This document shows positions 47,200 through 61,000 of a stretch of 64,000 nucleotides of DNA, one piece after another. The stretch spans positions 28,646,001 to 28,710,000 of the forward strand of contig NC_087245.1 of assembly GCF_037042905.1 (NCBI RefSeq). Direction: 5' to 3'. The position numbers were made by a program, and so were the translations under genes. This DNA comes from Lytechinus pictus (Eukaryota). Each line of letters starts with the position of its first letter. Within the stretch, counting starts at the first letter, position 1. The notes beneath the pieces are model-generated. The model made no database searches, had not been told where the DNA came from, and saw nothing but the letters and a program-made list of their open reading frames with translations.

Positions 47200-50100
47200 G
47201 TTAGTATTTTCAATTTGCGTATTGTATAGGATTACAAGGTCTTACTAGGCAAGAAGAACATATTTAGTTTTAAATTACATCCTGCATAATTTGGATGATA
47301 GGATATAGAGTCTTACCACCCTTTCATACGGTAAACAAATAGTAATATTAGGGACAGTGATTTTCCGCGATCGTGGAAAACGGACGGAATTCACAGAAAG
47401 GGCCTTTTGAAACGGAAAGTGGCATTTCAAACGGAAAATCACGGAAAACATATTTTTCCTCAAAATACACAGAAAAGCAACAGAAATTACTCAAAAATCT
47501 CAACATAATATGAATATTGAATGGCCACAAAACACCAGAAAACACGATCTCACTTCACTACAATCATGACAATTCACACATGGTGACTGCACTCGATATC
47601 ATCACACTCGATCGTACCCCACGCCCGTACCCGGCCGGCCGGGCGGGCGCCGGGTTGGGCTTCACATTAGTGCTGCAAGTCAGGCGCCATGTTCGGGTTC
47701 GGTTCGGTTCGGCAAGGTTCGGCAGAAATTTGCCGAACATTGGTTCGGTTCGGGGTTCGGTAATGATAGACTGATAAAGCTATAGTTCATTCAGGTATAC
47801 GTAGCGTACCGGTAGACAATTTGTACTTGATTGACTGCATGTGCTCGCGTGTACCTCTGTCACATCAAACCATTTTATCTCTATCTTGTTGACATGAAAC
47901 TATGAAAGTTATAGCGCTCAACGAATCAACTGTTATCTCGAATTTGATTATCTGATGACAGATTTATTGGGTAACTCACAGTTCTAAAATGGCGACTCTT
48001 CCTAGTCGTCCATACCTGGACCACACTTTGGATACTTGCCAAATTAACTACGCTCGCGCTCGCACTCGTACCAGCTAGGCTAGGCTAGGCTTGTAGCGGG
48101 ACTCTGAGCTCATGAATATTTATATATACAGTCCGGCCAAACGTGATTGGCAATTGCATCACATACGAGGCGACCAGCGCCAGTGCACTGAATTACTATA
48201 GGCATAGTAGGGCCAGGGGCGTGTCGAAGAAAGCGTGCTTATGTAATGCGCCTTTCGCTAATTGGCTCGATGGGTGAACTAAACCACCAATCGCATGTCG
48301 CTGATTGTCGCATCGGTACATGCAGCCACGTGCTTTGTCTGCTCGCGAAACTCAGCTCACTGATTGAAGAGCAATTCCTGAGATTTCTGTGATTTCATTG
48401 GTCAGATTTCATTCGACCATGAACATACAGACCAAGTGGGATGCAAAGTTTTACGACTGTAATGGGACAGGGGGAGTAGAGTTATCATCGAATTGTTTAT
48501 GGTTAATTTGAGAAGTTTATAAGAAAGGGAAAAAAAAGTAAAGATTGGGGGTCATTTTCCCCCAAGAGATGAATGTTTCCGCATGGCTTTTTCTTCATTC
48601 AACTTGTCAACGAGGGGAAGGGGATCTTGCTATATGCTATACCGTAATCATTCATGAGTGTTTGATTTTTATTTTCATCTGATTGTTAATAATAAAAAAG
48701 ATAACTTCACCTCATCTCATTTCTATATTATTTGTTTTGCGTCTCTCCTTTCCATCTCTAACAGTCACTCATTTTATTTCCCACTTTCACTGGATCTCTC
48801 GTTTTCAAAACTCTTTACTTCTCTCTAAAATCATGAAAACTAGACAGTATCGAGCCGACACCTCAATAATAATGTCAATCACCTCAATCAGATCTTTATT
48901 CTCCGCCGGAACAATACACGAGTTACGATCTTAATCACATCGTATCGTAATTCGTAATATTAATGGTACTTCATCTTTCACTTTCAGTTTATTGAGCTCG
49001 TTCATTCAAAATACTTTGAAGATTTTCAAACAAGAATCTTGTTCGCCACCTAAAAACAACAATATTTTAGATAATTAGATTTAACCAATGAACACTCATA
49101 CAGTTTTGGTTTTCTTTACCATGCTTCGGCGATTCGGCCACAGAGCGAGAGATGATGAAAGCCAGTAAAATGATTATAGCGCAAGCTCGCGCAACATCAT
49201 TCATCGGATCTCCTTTCTTAATCAGGGCCGTAAAAACCACAATGTCAACATGAAAATGAAAACAAAATCTAGTAACCGCAAAATAAGCGCATACTTCCAA
49301 CATACAATTGCAAAGAAGATTAAATAGAGAATGCGCAAATATAATGATTAGAAAGGGTGTAAACTTATAAATTTATTAGCTGAAAGCCGTTTTTTTTTTT
49401 TTGCCGAACTTCCGAACCAAGTCTTAGTGTTCGGTTCGGTTCTGTTCGGTTCGGAAGTGCCATGTTCGGCGAACTACCGTTCGGTTCGGCGGTTCGGCTA
49501 CAGCACTACTTCACATGCATATGCACACATCGTTCGGTTTTGAACAACACGGTCGTTTGTTGCTGCCCTATGTTCGAAGATGTAACAGCACGATATTGAG
49601 GTCTTAAAATCCAAAATGGCGGATAGGCGAAAGTCGTTGACTGCTGATAACAATGTCCAAACCCCCCAAAATTATTGATGAAATTTCATTTGACCGTAAA
49701 AATAATGCTAATAATGTGAAAGGTGAGGATGTATTCATGTTAAATGTGTTTGTCGAAATATTTTGTGCACCTGCATAGATCCGATTAGAACGGATTCTAT
49801 TTCGTTGTTGATACATTGGCAGATACAATTTTTGACCAGCGCGAGTGTTGTGATATTGCTATTCAATGTGTAAACGGAATTGTCAATTTTTTTTTGTACA
49901 CAAAGTCTATGGGGAAACAGAATTTCCGTTTTCTGACATGCTGAAACAGAATTTAAAGGACAAGTCCACCCCAACAAAAAGTTGATTTGAATAAAAAGAG
50001 AAAAATCCAACAAACATAACACTGAAAACTTCATCAATATCGGATGTAAAATAAGAAAGTTACGACATTTTAAAGTTTTGCTTTTAAAATTTCACAAAAC

Positions 50101-52003
50101 AGTTATATGCACATCCTGGTCGGTATGCAAATGAGGAGACTAATGACGTCATCCACTCACTATTTCTTTTGTATTCTATCACATGAAATATGACATATTC
50201 TAATTTTCTCCTCATTGTCAAGTGAAACAACGCTTGATTCCTCCATGAACATGTGGAACTAGCATTGCTTAAAACTATATGGTTCAGTCAAGTTGGTCCC
50301 TAATGTCAAATCTGTAAAAAATGAAATATTGTATAATTAAAACAATAAAAAACAAAAGAAATAGTGAGTGACGGACACCATTGACTGTCTCATTTGCATG
50401 TCACTGAGTTGTGCATATCACTATTTTGTGAAAAATAAGTGAAACTTTAAAATGTCATAACTTTCTTATTTTACATCCGATTTTGATGAAATTTTCAGCG
50501 TTATGCTAGTTTGATTTTTCTCTATTTATTCAAATCAACATTTTTCTTGGGTGGACTTGTCCTTTAAGATTTTCTGAAATGGAAAAGGCAATTTTTTGAA
50601 GCGAAAAATCACTGTCCCTATAATATGAATGATGATTCCAGTGAAAAATAAGGCTAATGACAAATTTTTAGCAAATGTGAAACCAAACCAGAACATGATT
50701 AGAATCAGGAATTCAAATTCTACTCTGGAGGTGAATTCCAGTTAAGTTTCACTCAAAACACAGTTTTTGAGTGAGCGTGCTGTGTGAAAGGTCCGATGAT
50801 GATTCAAGATTCACGTGTGAAAAGGCAACTTTTCACTAGTGTGCAGTTCTTTATTCTGTCCTAAAGAATTTGAGTGCTCTGTCCATCTTTCTAGGTAAAG
50901 AGAGTGAGGAATTGTTGTAAAATGGTGATTCATGTTAACTATTTTTGAAATTTACTCTCCAGAGTGATGATACTTAATAATTGGGTGAGAAAGGGACAAT
51001 AACGTCATTCACCAACATGTACTTAGATCTGATACTACTGTCTTTAGACCATTGATGATATACCATTGGTTGATTTGGAGGTGTAGCATAAAATTTGGTG
51101 ATTTTGGAGATCTGTCAGATAAAAACATCAATCATTAAACATGTTTTTATTTATTTATTTTTTTCTAGCACAAAAGTGAAAGCTCAGAATGGTAACCTGT
51201 ATTTCATAGTAGGATTGGTTTTACTGGCACCTCTCGTTACAGGCTTCTCCATCGGCTATTCATCTCCTGCTCTCCCAAAGATAGCGTTTCCTACGAAAGA
51301 GGAAGAATCATGGTTTGGGGTGAGATGATTATATTTTTAGTTTCCTTCTTTTAGATGAGTTTTTGGTAATCAATCATTTTGAAGCATCATCATCATCATT
51401 ATTATTGTTGCTGGTGTTGTTGTCATTATTATTATTATCAGTGATAATAATTATGATACGCAACATTTATGTTTCTATGCACTGCATACTATGTACTATT
51501 ACTGGTGCTATACTATCATGATTGTTATTAGATGGTCTATCAGTATGACAGATCACCTCTTAAATTTATCAGAATTCTCTTTGTTGTTATTCATTTTTTC
51601 CCTCAATTCTTGTGAGCCCAATATCTCAAACTCTGACCAAACAATTTCCTTCAATATTTTGTCATTCATGTATTAGGAGTCTATCGTGATGTGACAGACA
51701 AAACTATTTTTTTAAGGATCATCAACATTTTTGTCTTTGATTTTGATTGGCTTAGAAACACAGTTCCTATGGTAACTGCAGGGGCGGATCCAGCTTTTTA
51801 TAAAGGGGGGGGTTGGGGTGGTATGCGAGGGAGCGTAGCGACCGAGTCCAAGCGAGCGGAGCGAGCGAGGGGGGAGGGTGTGGGAGGGGGGTGTCCCCCC
51901 TCCCACAGTAGGGAAAATTTTTGAAAATCTGTGTGTGAAAATGGCGTTTTCTTGCATCTAAAACACCACTCTTTTTGGTATAGAGGTCGTTGCCAAATTA
52001 AGA

Positions 52004-52040
<37 letters not shown>

Positions 52041-55000
52041 GAAATAAATACATAGAAATAGAATAAAATAAAATTACAAGTTAAAAAAAAAAGATAAGAT
52101 TTAAAAAAATGGTCCCCGGATTTTTTTTTTGGGGGGGTTGCAACCCCCCCAACCCCCCCTCTAGATCCGCTTCTGAACTGTCAGATAAAACATCCGACAA
52201 GTCCTTCATGAAATTCTGAGATGTTTAATTATTGTTTTGGAGGCCCAAACATGGAGTAGTGTGCGCGCAGCACTTAGTCTGCAGGCACAGACCCTGATTG
52301 AAATTTTGATCAACAAGTGTGTCTCCACGCAAAGACTAGCACATACAAAACTTGCTGTTTCAATTGAGCAAGAGGGCCTTCAGAACACAAGGCTGCAATT
52401 CAGACCCTTTACTCGAGTGAAAGGTTTACAAAGCAGACTACGCATCACTTTGTAACCGAAAGGAAAAGGTGCTATATCAAATGACCTTTGGATTGGATTG
52501 GATGAAATGCTCCAGAGGTCTTCATGACGTCATCCTGGCCCCATTTTGTTCAGTAACATGAGTAATCATATTTTCATAGCAGATTATGAGATAACAAAAT
52601 ATCAACCAGATTCGCATCACATTAACTTCAGGTAAAGAATCATCTGGTTGATTTGGGGCCCGTTGTACAAAGCTTAGCAATGATGATCATACATTATTTT
52701 TCTACGATTGACTACATTGACTACAATGTACAATCAATCTTGAAAATCAAGCGTACGATTAATTGCTAACCTCTGTTTTGCGGGAACCTTGTCATGTCAT
52801 AAATGTCATGCAAAGGTCATGAGAGGCGTGAACATTCCCATCAGAATTTTATCATTTTAATTTTTACTATATTATCATTACCTCTAGTAAGTATTCTTCT
52901 TTTCTCACTGTTATTTATATTAGTCGTTGCTGAATATTGGCGCCATGGTAGGTGGTCCTGTGGCAGGGTTTCTGCTCCAGTGCGGAGGTAGAAAGCTAAC
53001 CATCATGTCAACCGGTATCCCATTTATCATTGGATGGGTGCTCATAGGCACAGCTAGCAACGAACATGTCATCAATCTCTACTGCGGTAGGATTCTCACT
53101 GGTGTAGGATGCGGAATGTCTTGTTTGGCTGTACCTGTAAGTTCTTAAATTTGCTTTTCAGACTATCATTTCTTAACCCCGGCATATCCTTAAAGGACAA
53201 GTCCACCCCAACAAAAAGTTGATTTGAATAAAAAGAGAAAAATCCAACAAGCATCACACTGAAAATTATAAAAATTGGATGTAAAATAAGAAAGTTATGA
53301 CATTTTAAAGTTTCGCTTAATTTCACAAAACAGATGCACATCCTGGTCGGTATGCAAATGAGGAGACTATGATGTCACCCACTCACTACATGTATTTCTT
53401 TTGTATTTTATTATGTGAAATATGAAATATTCTAATTTTTTCCTCATTGTCAAGTGATACAACGATTAATTCCTCCCTGATCATGTGGAATTAGCCTTGT
53501 TTAATACTATATGGTTTAGTCAAGTTGGTCCTTATTGTCAAATCTTTAAAAAAATGAAATATTGTATAATTCAAACAATAAAAAACAAAAGAAATGGTGA
53601 GTGGTGGACATCATCGAATGACTCACCTAGTTGTGCATATCACTGTTTTGTGAAAAATTAAGCAAAACTTTAAAATGTCATAACTTTTATTTTACATCTG
53701 ATTTTGATGAAATTTTCAGCACTATGCTAGTTTGATTTTTCTCTATTCATTCAAGTCAGCATTTTCCTGGGGTGGACTTGACCTTTAAACCCTTATTATC
53801 TGTCTTCTAAACCCCCAATATTTGCTTTCCTATAGTTAACGCCTCAACCCTGGACTATTGCACAACTAATGATTATTGACGACTTTGTCACAAAGTGTAT
53901 GTTAAAAGTGCACTTTAGAGTGTCCACCATGTCTGTGATTTGCTATTGCTTAGCCCTGCTTTTCCTTAGCCTAGTTTGGTTTCAGACCATCTGCAACACT
54001 TAGCACCACATTTTAATCAAATATTGAAAATGGAAGGGAGTGCTAGACTTTTGGAAGCTGAGCTTGTATGCTGCAATCCCCTCTTTAGCTTAGGTAAATC
54101 CTAAAGAATACCATTTTTAAAAGTTGAATGCAATGTCAGATGAATGAAAGCTATCATAACTGCACAATTTGCATGAAAATTGGATATGAAGACTGATTAA
54201 AAGAAGTTTGCTTCAACTCATTTTTTTTTCAGATAATTTGTAAATTCACTTCATATAGTTGGAATGGGACAAATTATACAGGATACCAAATTCATAGCTG
54301 TCTTACATATATTATATTAATCTGTTTAAAGGATATGCATCGAAGGATATAGGCCTAATAATTGAATATAAGAATTGAATTGAAATAATATTATGAAGAA
54401 AATGTGCTAGCCATCTTAAATGATCAATTTAGAGTTTTGCAATAATTGAATGATTGACAGAAAGCCATCTTTTGACTATTATCATCATACTAAGAATATT
54501 CCTATCTGGTTGATGAAACGGGCAATGTTATGCTTTAAATGCCGTTCCAAGTTCACGTAACTCTGATTTATAGAGTCACAACAAATCTTTTTAATTGGAG
54601 TATGTAAAAAATGATGCTCAGTGCAGTATCTTATGCTACAGTCACAAATACATTTACAAACACCATACAAATGACTTCATACCATTTATTGCCATGTATA
54701 AAATTGTTCATAGGTTCTTCGTAAAGGTATTTGTGAGTTGTGACCATAGTATTAGGTAGATGTGCACTGCACTGTGAATTTCTCACATGAAAGTTTGCGA
54801 AAATGTGTAGTAATAACCATACTGCAATTAAATAAGCATAAACTACCTTACCTGACCCATTTGTGCAGTCAAAGCAAACTCATGAATGTACACGTAGTTA
54901 TGAAAATCACCGGTGCTCCCCATCCCTTGAGGAAACGCCTCTGAATGTTCTTGATTGATTTAGTTTCATTTATTTATGTCTTCTTGCAGAACTACATTTC

Positions 55001-58000
55001 AGAGGTTGCCCCTCCTAATCTCCGTGGTTTCCTGGGATCTAGCTTCCAAGTTGCTGTGACTGTTGGAATTCTTGCTGTCTATTGTCTAGGTAAGATCTTT
55101 TCTCCACCCCCCCCATCAACTTCCAGCCCTGTCTCTAGTCTGTGGGCATAGACCCTGATTGGAACTGTGATCAACAAGTAGGTTTTCACACAAGACTAGC
55201 ACACAAAACTAAGCAAGAGGTCCTTCATTATGCAAGTTACCGTAGGCTGCATATAGATTCAGACCACTTAACTCCAGTGAAAGGTTTACACAGCAGGTTA
55301 CTAGTACTCTGTCTCCATCTACATGCACCTCAGAAGTATCCACTAGATTTATGGGGTGATGCAAGAACCAATATCCAATACCATATCAATCATGCGCAAG
55401 TCCTTCGATTAAAATGCAAACTAGTATTTGTTTTGCATCCAATTGCAATTGAACTTTTTCACATATTATGCATGCGAGCAATTTTTTTGAAAGAATATTG
55501 TATGCATCAGCTTAAAAAAAATGGCTAATACTGACTCCATTTTGTTTATGCAAATAAGATGGTCATGGCATAAGAAATTTGCTTGGCAACAGGTTTTATC
55601 AGATCCAGCACATTGGAATTATGTTAAATTGACAAGTTTATGCTTAATTTTGGGACTTACATTTGATTTGCTTGCATGTTTTTTGTAATGCCCTATTAGC
55701 TTTATTCAATTATTTATTCTTTTCCATTAAAAGCATCAAAATATGTACAGTTATAATATGCATGTATATACAAAAAATAAATCAAATACATAAGCATAGC
55801 AAATTATGATTATAAGAAAGAGAAATAAATAAAAAATGGAACGCCTGTAGAAATTTAAAAAGCTTTTAAATGGCAGGAGTCCAAAAGTTAACAAAATTCA
55901 AATGTAATGATGATGATAATAATAATAATAGTAATAGATGGCGCATGTATTTGAATTCAATGTCTTCTCCCCCCTGTCCCCCCCTACCCCATCTCTCTCT
56001 CAAGTAGAATTCAAAAATGTAATATAGGCTAAAATTTAAATGGAAATGAAATTATATGATAACAAATAAGCTTTAAGATTTTTTTTGAAAGTATTCAAAA
56101 GACATTCTCCGTAATAGAAGTTGGTAATGAGTCCTCACCTTTTCATGTTAAGAACCCACTGCACTATCCTATAAGAATAGGGGGAAACTTCGGTACTAGT
56201 GGTCCACCTGTTCCCCCTCCCCCAATCTGTTATATCGGGAGGAGAGACCTTCGAGAGAGACAGATAATAAAAGTTTGTATTCTGTGGTTATATATGCCTG
56301 TTAGTCCTTTCTGGCATAGAAAGATGAAAATTGCAATCAACCTTGCAATTATCGAGCTGGCAAAACTTGAGTAACCTCAACTCCAATAATTCTTTCCTTA
56401 AATATTTAAAAAATTTTATGTTGAATTATTATGCGTTTGGCGTCACCTGTGCCTGGGAGGCAAACAGAAAACTGAATCATTGTGACCCGAAGGTCTCTCC
56501 TCCCGATATAACGGATTGGGGGAGGGGGTGCAGGTGGACCACTGTACTGAAGTTTCCCTCTACTCTTAACTCTTAATATAGGATAGTGCATTGGGTTCTT
56601 AACATGCAAAGGTGGTGACTCTCCTCTACATGGGGCCTCCATTTAACGTACTATGAGAGAGACAGAGTGTTTTCCACTGTAACATAGCCTGCATCTATCA
56701 CAGGGGAGAGACTTTTACACACGTCACAGGCTTCAGCTTGGGGAGGACTCGAACCCATGATCTTTGGTTTGCCAGGCAGAAGCTTTACTGACTGAGCAAA
56801 CTTCACTCTCTATAATTCTCTTGATTAAAAAAGGTTCATGTGGACCCAAGCATGAAGAAGTTGGCTTTGGCAAGATTCCTAAAGTTTACTAACATCCTTT
56901 GTATAAAGCTCTATTAAGAAATGCTGTCTTGCATCCATTTTTCATTGTCTGTTGAATTATTTATAATTGTTATATGGTTGTCTTACATCTTGTTTGTGTA
57001 ATTATTAAATTATAATCATGTATTTTCATGTGGAGCGATGTAGTCCAGTGGACAAATGTCTGCACTTTGAAATGAAGATTTGAACCCCAGCCGTTGTGTA
57101 ATTTCCTTCAGCAAGATATTGATCCACATTGTGCTGCACTCAACCCAGGTGTGGTAACTGGGTAATTACTTGAATGTACAGTGCTGGAAATTAATCATGT
57201 CTAGATAGATAGCGCAAGATAAATGCCTATTATTATTATTATGATTTTTAGGTATTCCCTTCACCTATTTCTGGCTGGCTTTGACCGGTGCAGCATTGAC
57301 GGCCCTCCTCGTCGTTGCCATTGTGATGGTCCCAGAAACCGCCAGGTACCTTCTCATGAAGCGTTTGAAGGTGCAGGCAATGGCTGTATTGAGGAAGTTG
57401 CGTGGTCCCATGGCCGATGTAGAATTGGAATGCCGAGAGATAGAGGAGGCTCTTGACTCGTCTGATGTAAGTCAAATTAAAAGAGAATGAAACCCTTGAA
57501 ACCTTTTTTTATTAGACCTTTGATGTTGCCAACATCATATGCCGAAAAAGCTTCCAATATTTACCAAATTATAACCCATAATTTAAATACATGTACATAA
57601 AATATATTAAAATATATGCCAAATAATTACCAAATTATAACCCATAATTTAAATATATAAAATATATAGAAAAAGGTCTTACAACAAATGAATACATTGA
57701 ATAAATAATTGAAATTGTATAAAACAGAAAATAAACAAAACCCATCAATAAAAGTAATAGAAATATTACATAAATAGTAAGAACATTGCTAGCGGTGGCA
57801 TTTATCTAGTTGGTGATTGAGTTGGAAAGAACTCTTTTCTTGGTAGTTTACCTTCATTATAATTAATTCCATTTGTATTTATTCTAATTTAGAAAATTTA
57901 TTAAGTGGGGGTTTTCGTCAATGTGATATCAATGACAGCTTAAATGATTATTTTCCTGCATTTATTTAACTCTCAAAAATTTTCTATATTGGTATACGTG

Positions 58001-61000
58001 TTACTTGTTTTGTAATCCATGTATTAACCTGCCATTCGTTTGGAATGGAAACGGTGAACTTGGTCTCTTTATGTATGTATTATATCATTGTCTTTGAACT
58101 TGAATAAAGTCATGATAAAACATACAAAGCCAATGGCTGTGTAATATTTTATTGACGTGGTCAGTATGCTATACTGTTAGATTTCAGTGAGTTTTAAAGT
58201 GATCATTTCACTTTGTTCTGATTTAAAAAATTATCCTTTTGGTTCCTGAAAATGGGCTAAACATTAGGCTTATAGTGTAAAAATACCATCCCAAAAGTTT
58301 CAAAGTATTATATTTACAGGATCAATTTTAAAACCTTGGAAATGTAAACCAAAGTTTGAAATAATTGGGAGTTGGTTTCAATGGCTATGTGTATACAGGG
58401 AATCTGTGCACCACAACACATTAATTCTAGATGAACACAGCATGACCTACATACAGTGTGTACAATGTATACACTGAATGTACAGTGCAGCTAATAGTGT
58501 GTGTATAGGAGATACACACAACAGAAGGCAGTCAAAATAGCCAACGGACTTTTTGAATTGGAAAAAACTGGTCATAAGCTGAACCCGTCTACTAGACGGT
58601 TCTCAAAATCAGGCTAATAAATTGCTTCTTGTATCTAAATTAGAGTTTTGCATCCTATATTGTGGTCTGTTTCAGGATTTTTGAGGACAAATACAGGCAC
58701 TCATACGCACGTTTCAACTCAGTTTGAGAATTTTTTTAATCAGCTGCTCACAAAGTTAAACGATCCCTTTAAGGAGGTTTACAAAGTTTGCAAATGTTTT
58801 TCAGGTCAATACATCTTATGCAAATAATATTTACTATACTATTTATACTTCATTCCCAATGGCAGTGATTGGCTTTTCATAGCTGCTCGCAAACAAATTT
58901 GAACTTTTCCACATTTTTCTAAGATCAATACGAAATTCTTGCCACAACTGGGGCCTGTTGCAATGGGCCGCTGATCTGATATGATCACTTTGATTATGCC
59001 ACAATTAAGACCATGGTTACAATCATTACAGTGTGAACTGGGTATGAAATATATAAGATGTATCTCTAATTGCAGGATACGTTCCGATGGTCCGAGTTCT
59101 CTCGTCCATACCTCTACAAGCCTCTTCTGATTTCCCTGGTACTGATGTTTGTCCAGCAGTTCAGCGGCATCAACGCAGTCATGTTCTACACCGTCAGCAT
59201 CTTTCAGAGTGCAGCGCCCTCTATCAACGCCAACGTTGCCACGGTGATAGTAGGTGCCGTACAGGTGGTCTTCACGTGTGTTGCAGCTCTTCTCATGGAT
59301 AAATTGGGACGCAAAACGCTCTTGATTGTAGGAGGTAGGAATGTCTGAACTGGGGGTCTTATTTGCTATTTTATATTGATGAGATATATCGAATGTAAAA
59401 CCAATTTGTCAAGGAAAATATTTTCTGCTCTAAAGAGTGATGGTCTAAACATCATCTCATGTAAGAAATAATATCCTCTTTTTAATCAAGAGATTTTTTA
59501 CAAATCTAATTCGTTTTTTTGTCTTGAATGTATTTTTGTATTGTCATGATTAATGACCGACCTGTATCAACTGTAATAGAAAACAGTGTTGTGGTGCCTG
59601 ATGCTGGGCCTTGGCCTTAGGCACCTAAGGGCCTCCTTCTTCAATGCCTTAGCCTTGAGGATACTGAGCCTTAATATTTAGACGCATTTTCAATGCATTT
59701 TGTATTTTGTACTTTCAGTTGTTTTTAATCAACTAATTTCAAATGTTTTAATTGTTATGTATGCTAAATGACAATGATGGCCAATAATATCATTCAACAG
59801 TAGTAGTAAGTGTACGGCTACCCCGCATTCCCTATTGTTTTGTTGAAGATTAAGTGTAAGAATTGGTAACGAATAGCCACTTCCGGGATTCCTGTGCGAA
59901 AGACGCGGCTCTGACTTAAGAAAAGGTAATCATATATTTTAGTTGTAACATTTTGGCTGGTATCGGCATTCGTACCTCACTTGCCCTTTATTTCTGTGAT
60001 ATTTTTTTATTGCAGCCGTTGGTCTGGCAGTCAGCTCAACTGTATTTGGATTGTATTATCAAATCACTGGCGATGGTAAGAAGAATAAAAAGACTCGAAT
60101 TATTGTTTTAATGAAGTAATAAAGTAATATTTATTTATTTTATGTTTCTAAATGCTAATGAATACGTCTGAAGTGCCCATAAGGAACGAGCATGTTAATT
60201 ATGGATAATGTGTAAACTATTCATGTGAAGCTTGTAGGATAGGAAATGATAAGAAAATATTGATGATAGCAGTGGTGAATGTGATGATGATGATGATAAC
60301 AATAATGATGATATTATAATATTAATGATAATGGTGATTTGTAATAATAACAGCGAAATAACATTTGCAACAACAATGATAACAATAATATTTATAAGAA
60401 TGATAATGAAAACAATAACACTGACTGCATCCTAGGAAGGCTTCTTCGATCAAACTCATTTGTGAACTTTATAAAAACCTTGCACCTGTGCCCATCGACA
60501 TACCACCTTACAATTCAACCACATCTTCCTATTTTCAGATGTTGAAAAGCAGCACAAACTGAGCGCTGTCTCACTTTGCAGTATCATCGTCTACATCATC
60601 TCATTCTCGTTGGCATGGGGACCGATTCCCTGGCTGATCATGTCGGAAATCTTCCCTTCCAAGGCAAGAGGAGCTGCCAGCGGTATCGCAACTGCCTTTA
60701 ACTGGGGTTGTGCCTTTATTGTCACAAAGGAATTTTCTCATATGCAGGTTAGTGAATGCTGTGTATTTGACCCAATCCCGATAGTCAGGCAGCGAGGTGA
60801 CTTGATCAAACAAACAAGGTGCCACTGCCTCAGTCCTGAACATTACAGGGAGGAACCTGACATTTACCAAACTGAACGTCTGGCGGTACATTTCTGCTGT
60901 AGGTGTTCCCTACTGACCTTGAACTTGTTTTAGGTATGCATGCATATAGGAATGAAAATGGTCCTTAGTTTCGGTTAGTGGTTAGTTCACAAAGAGTGAC

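Larger units (their letters stand above)
47349..50620. mobile_element. hAT-like element with 6-bp TSD, hosting two nested insertions
   Basis: TIR TAGGGACAGTGATTTT / AAAATCACTGTCCCTA. TAATAT at 47343-47348 and 50621-50626. ACGGAA subterminal repeats. Confidence 0.85.

Noticed and set aside
56735..56803. tRNA gene
   Set aside because: A/B boxes are present, but there is no intact cloverleaf and the sequence continues into a SINE body.
58100..58772. Further TTAA-ended element (..CGATCCCT|TTAA); similar single end at ~9107
   Set aside because: Only one terminus is identifiable, so the boundaries are unsupported.
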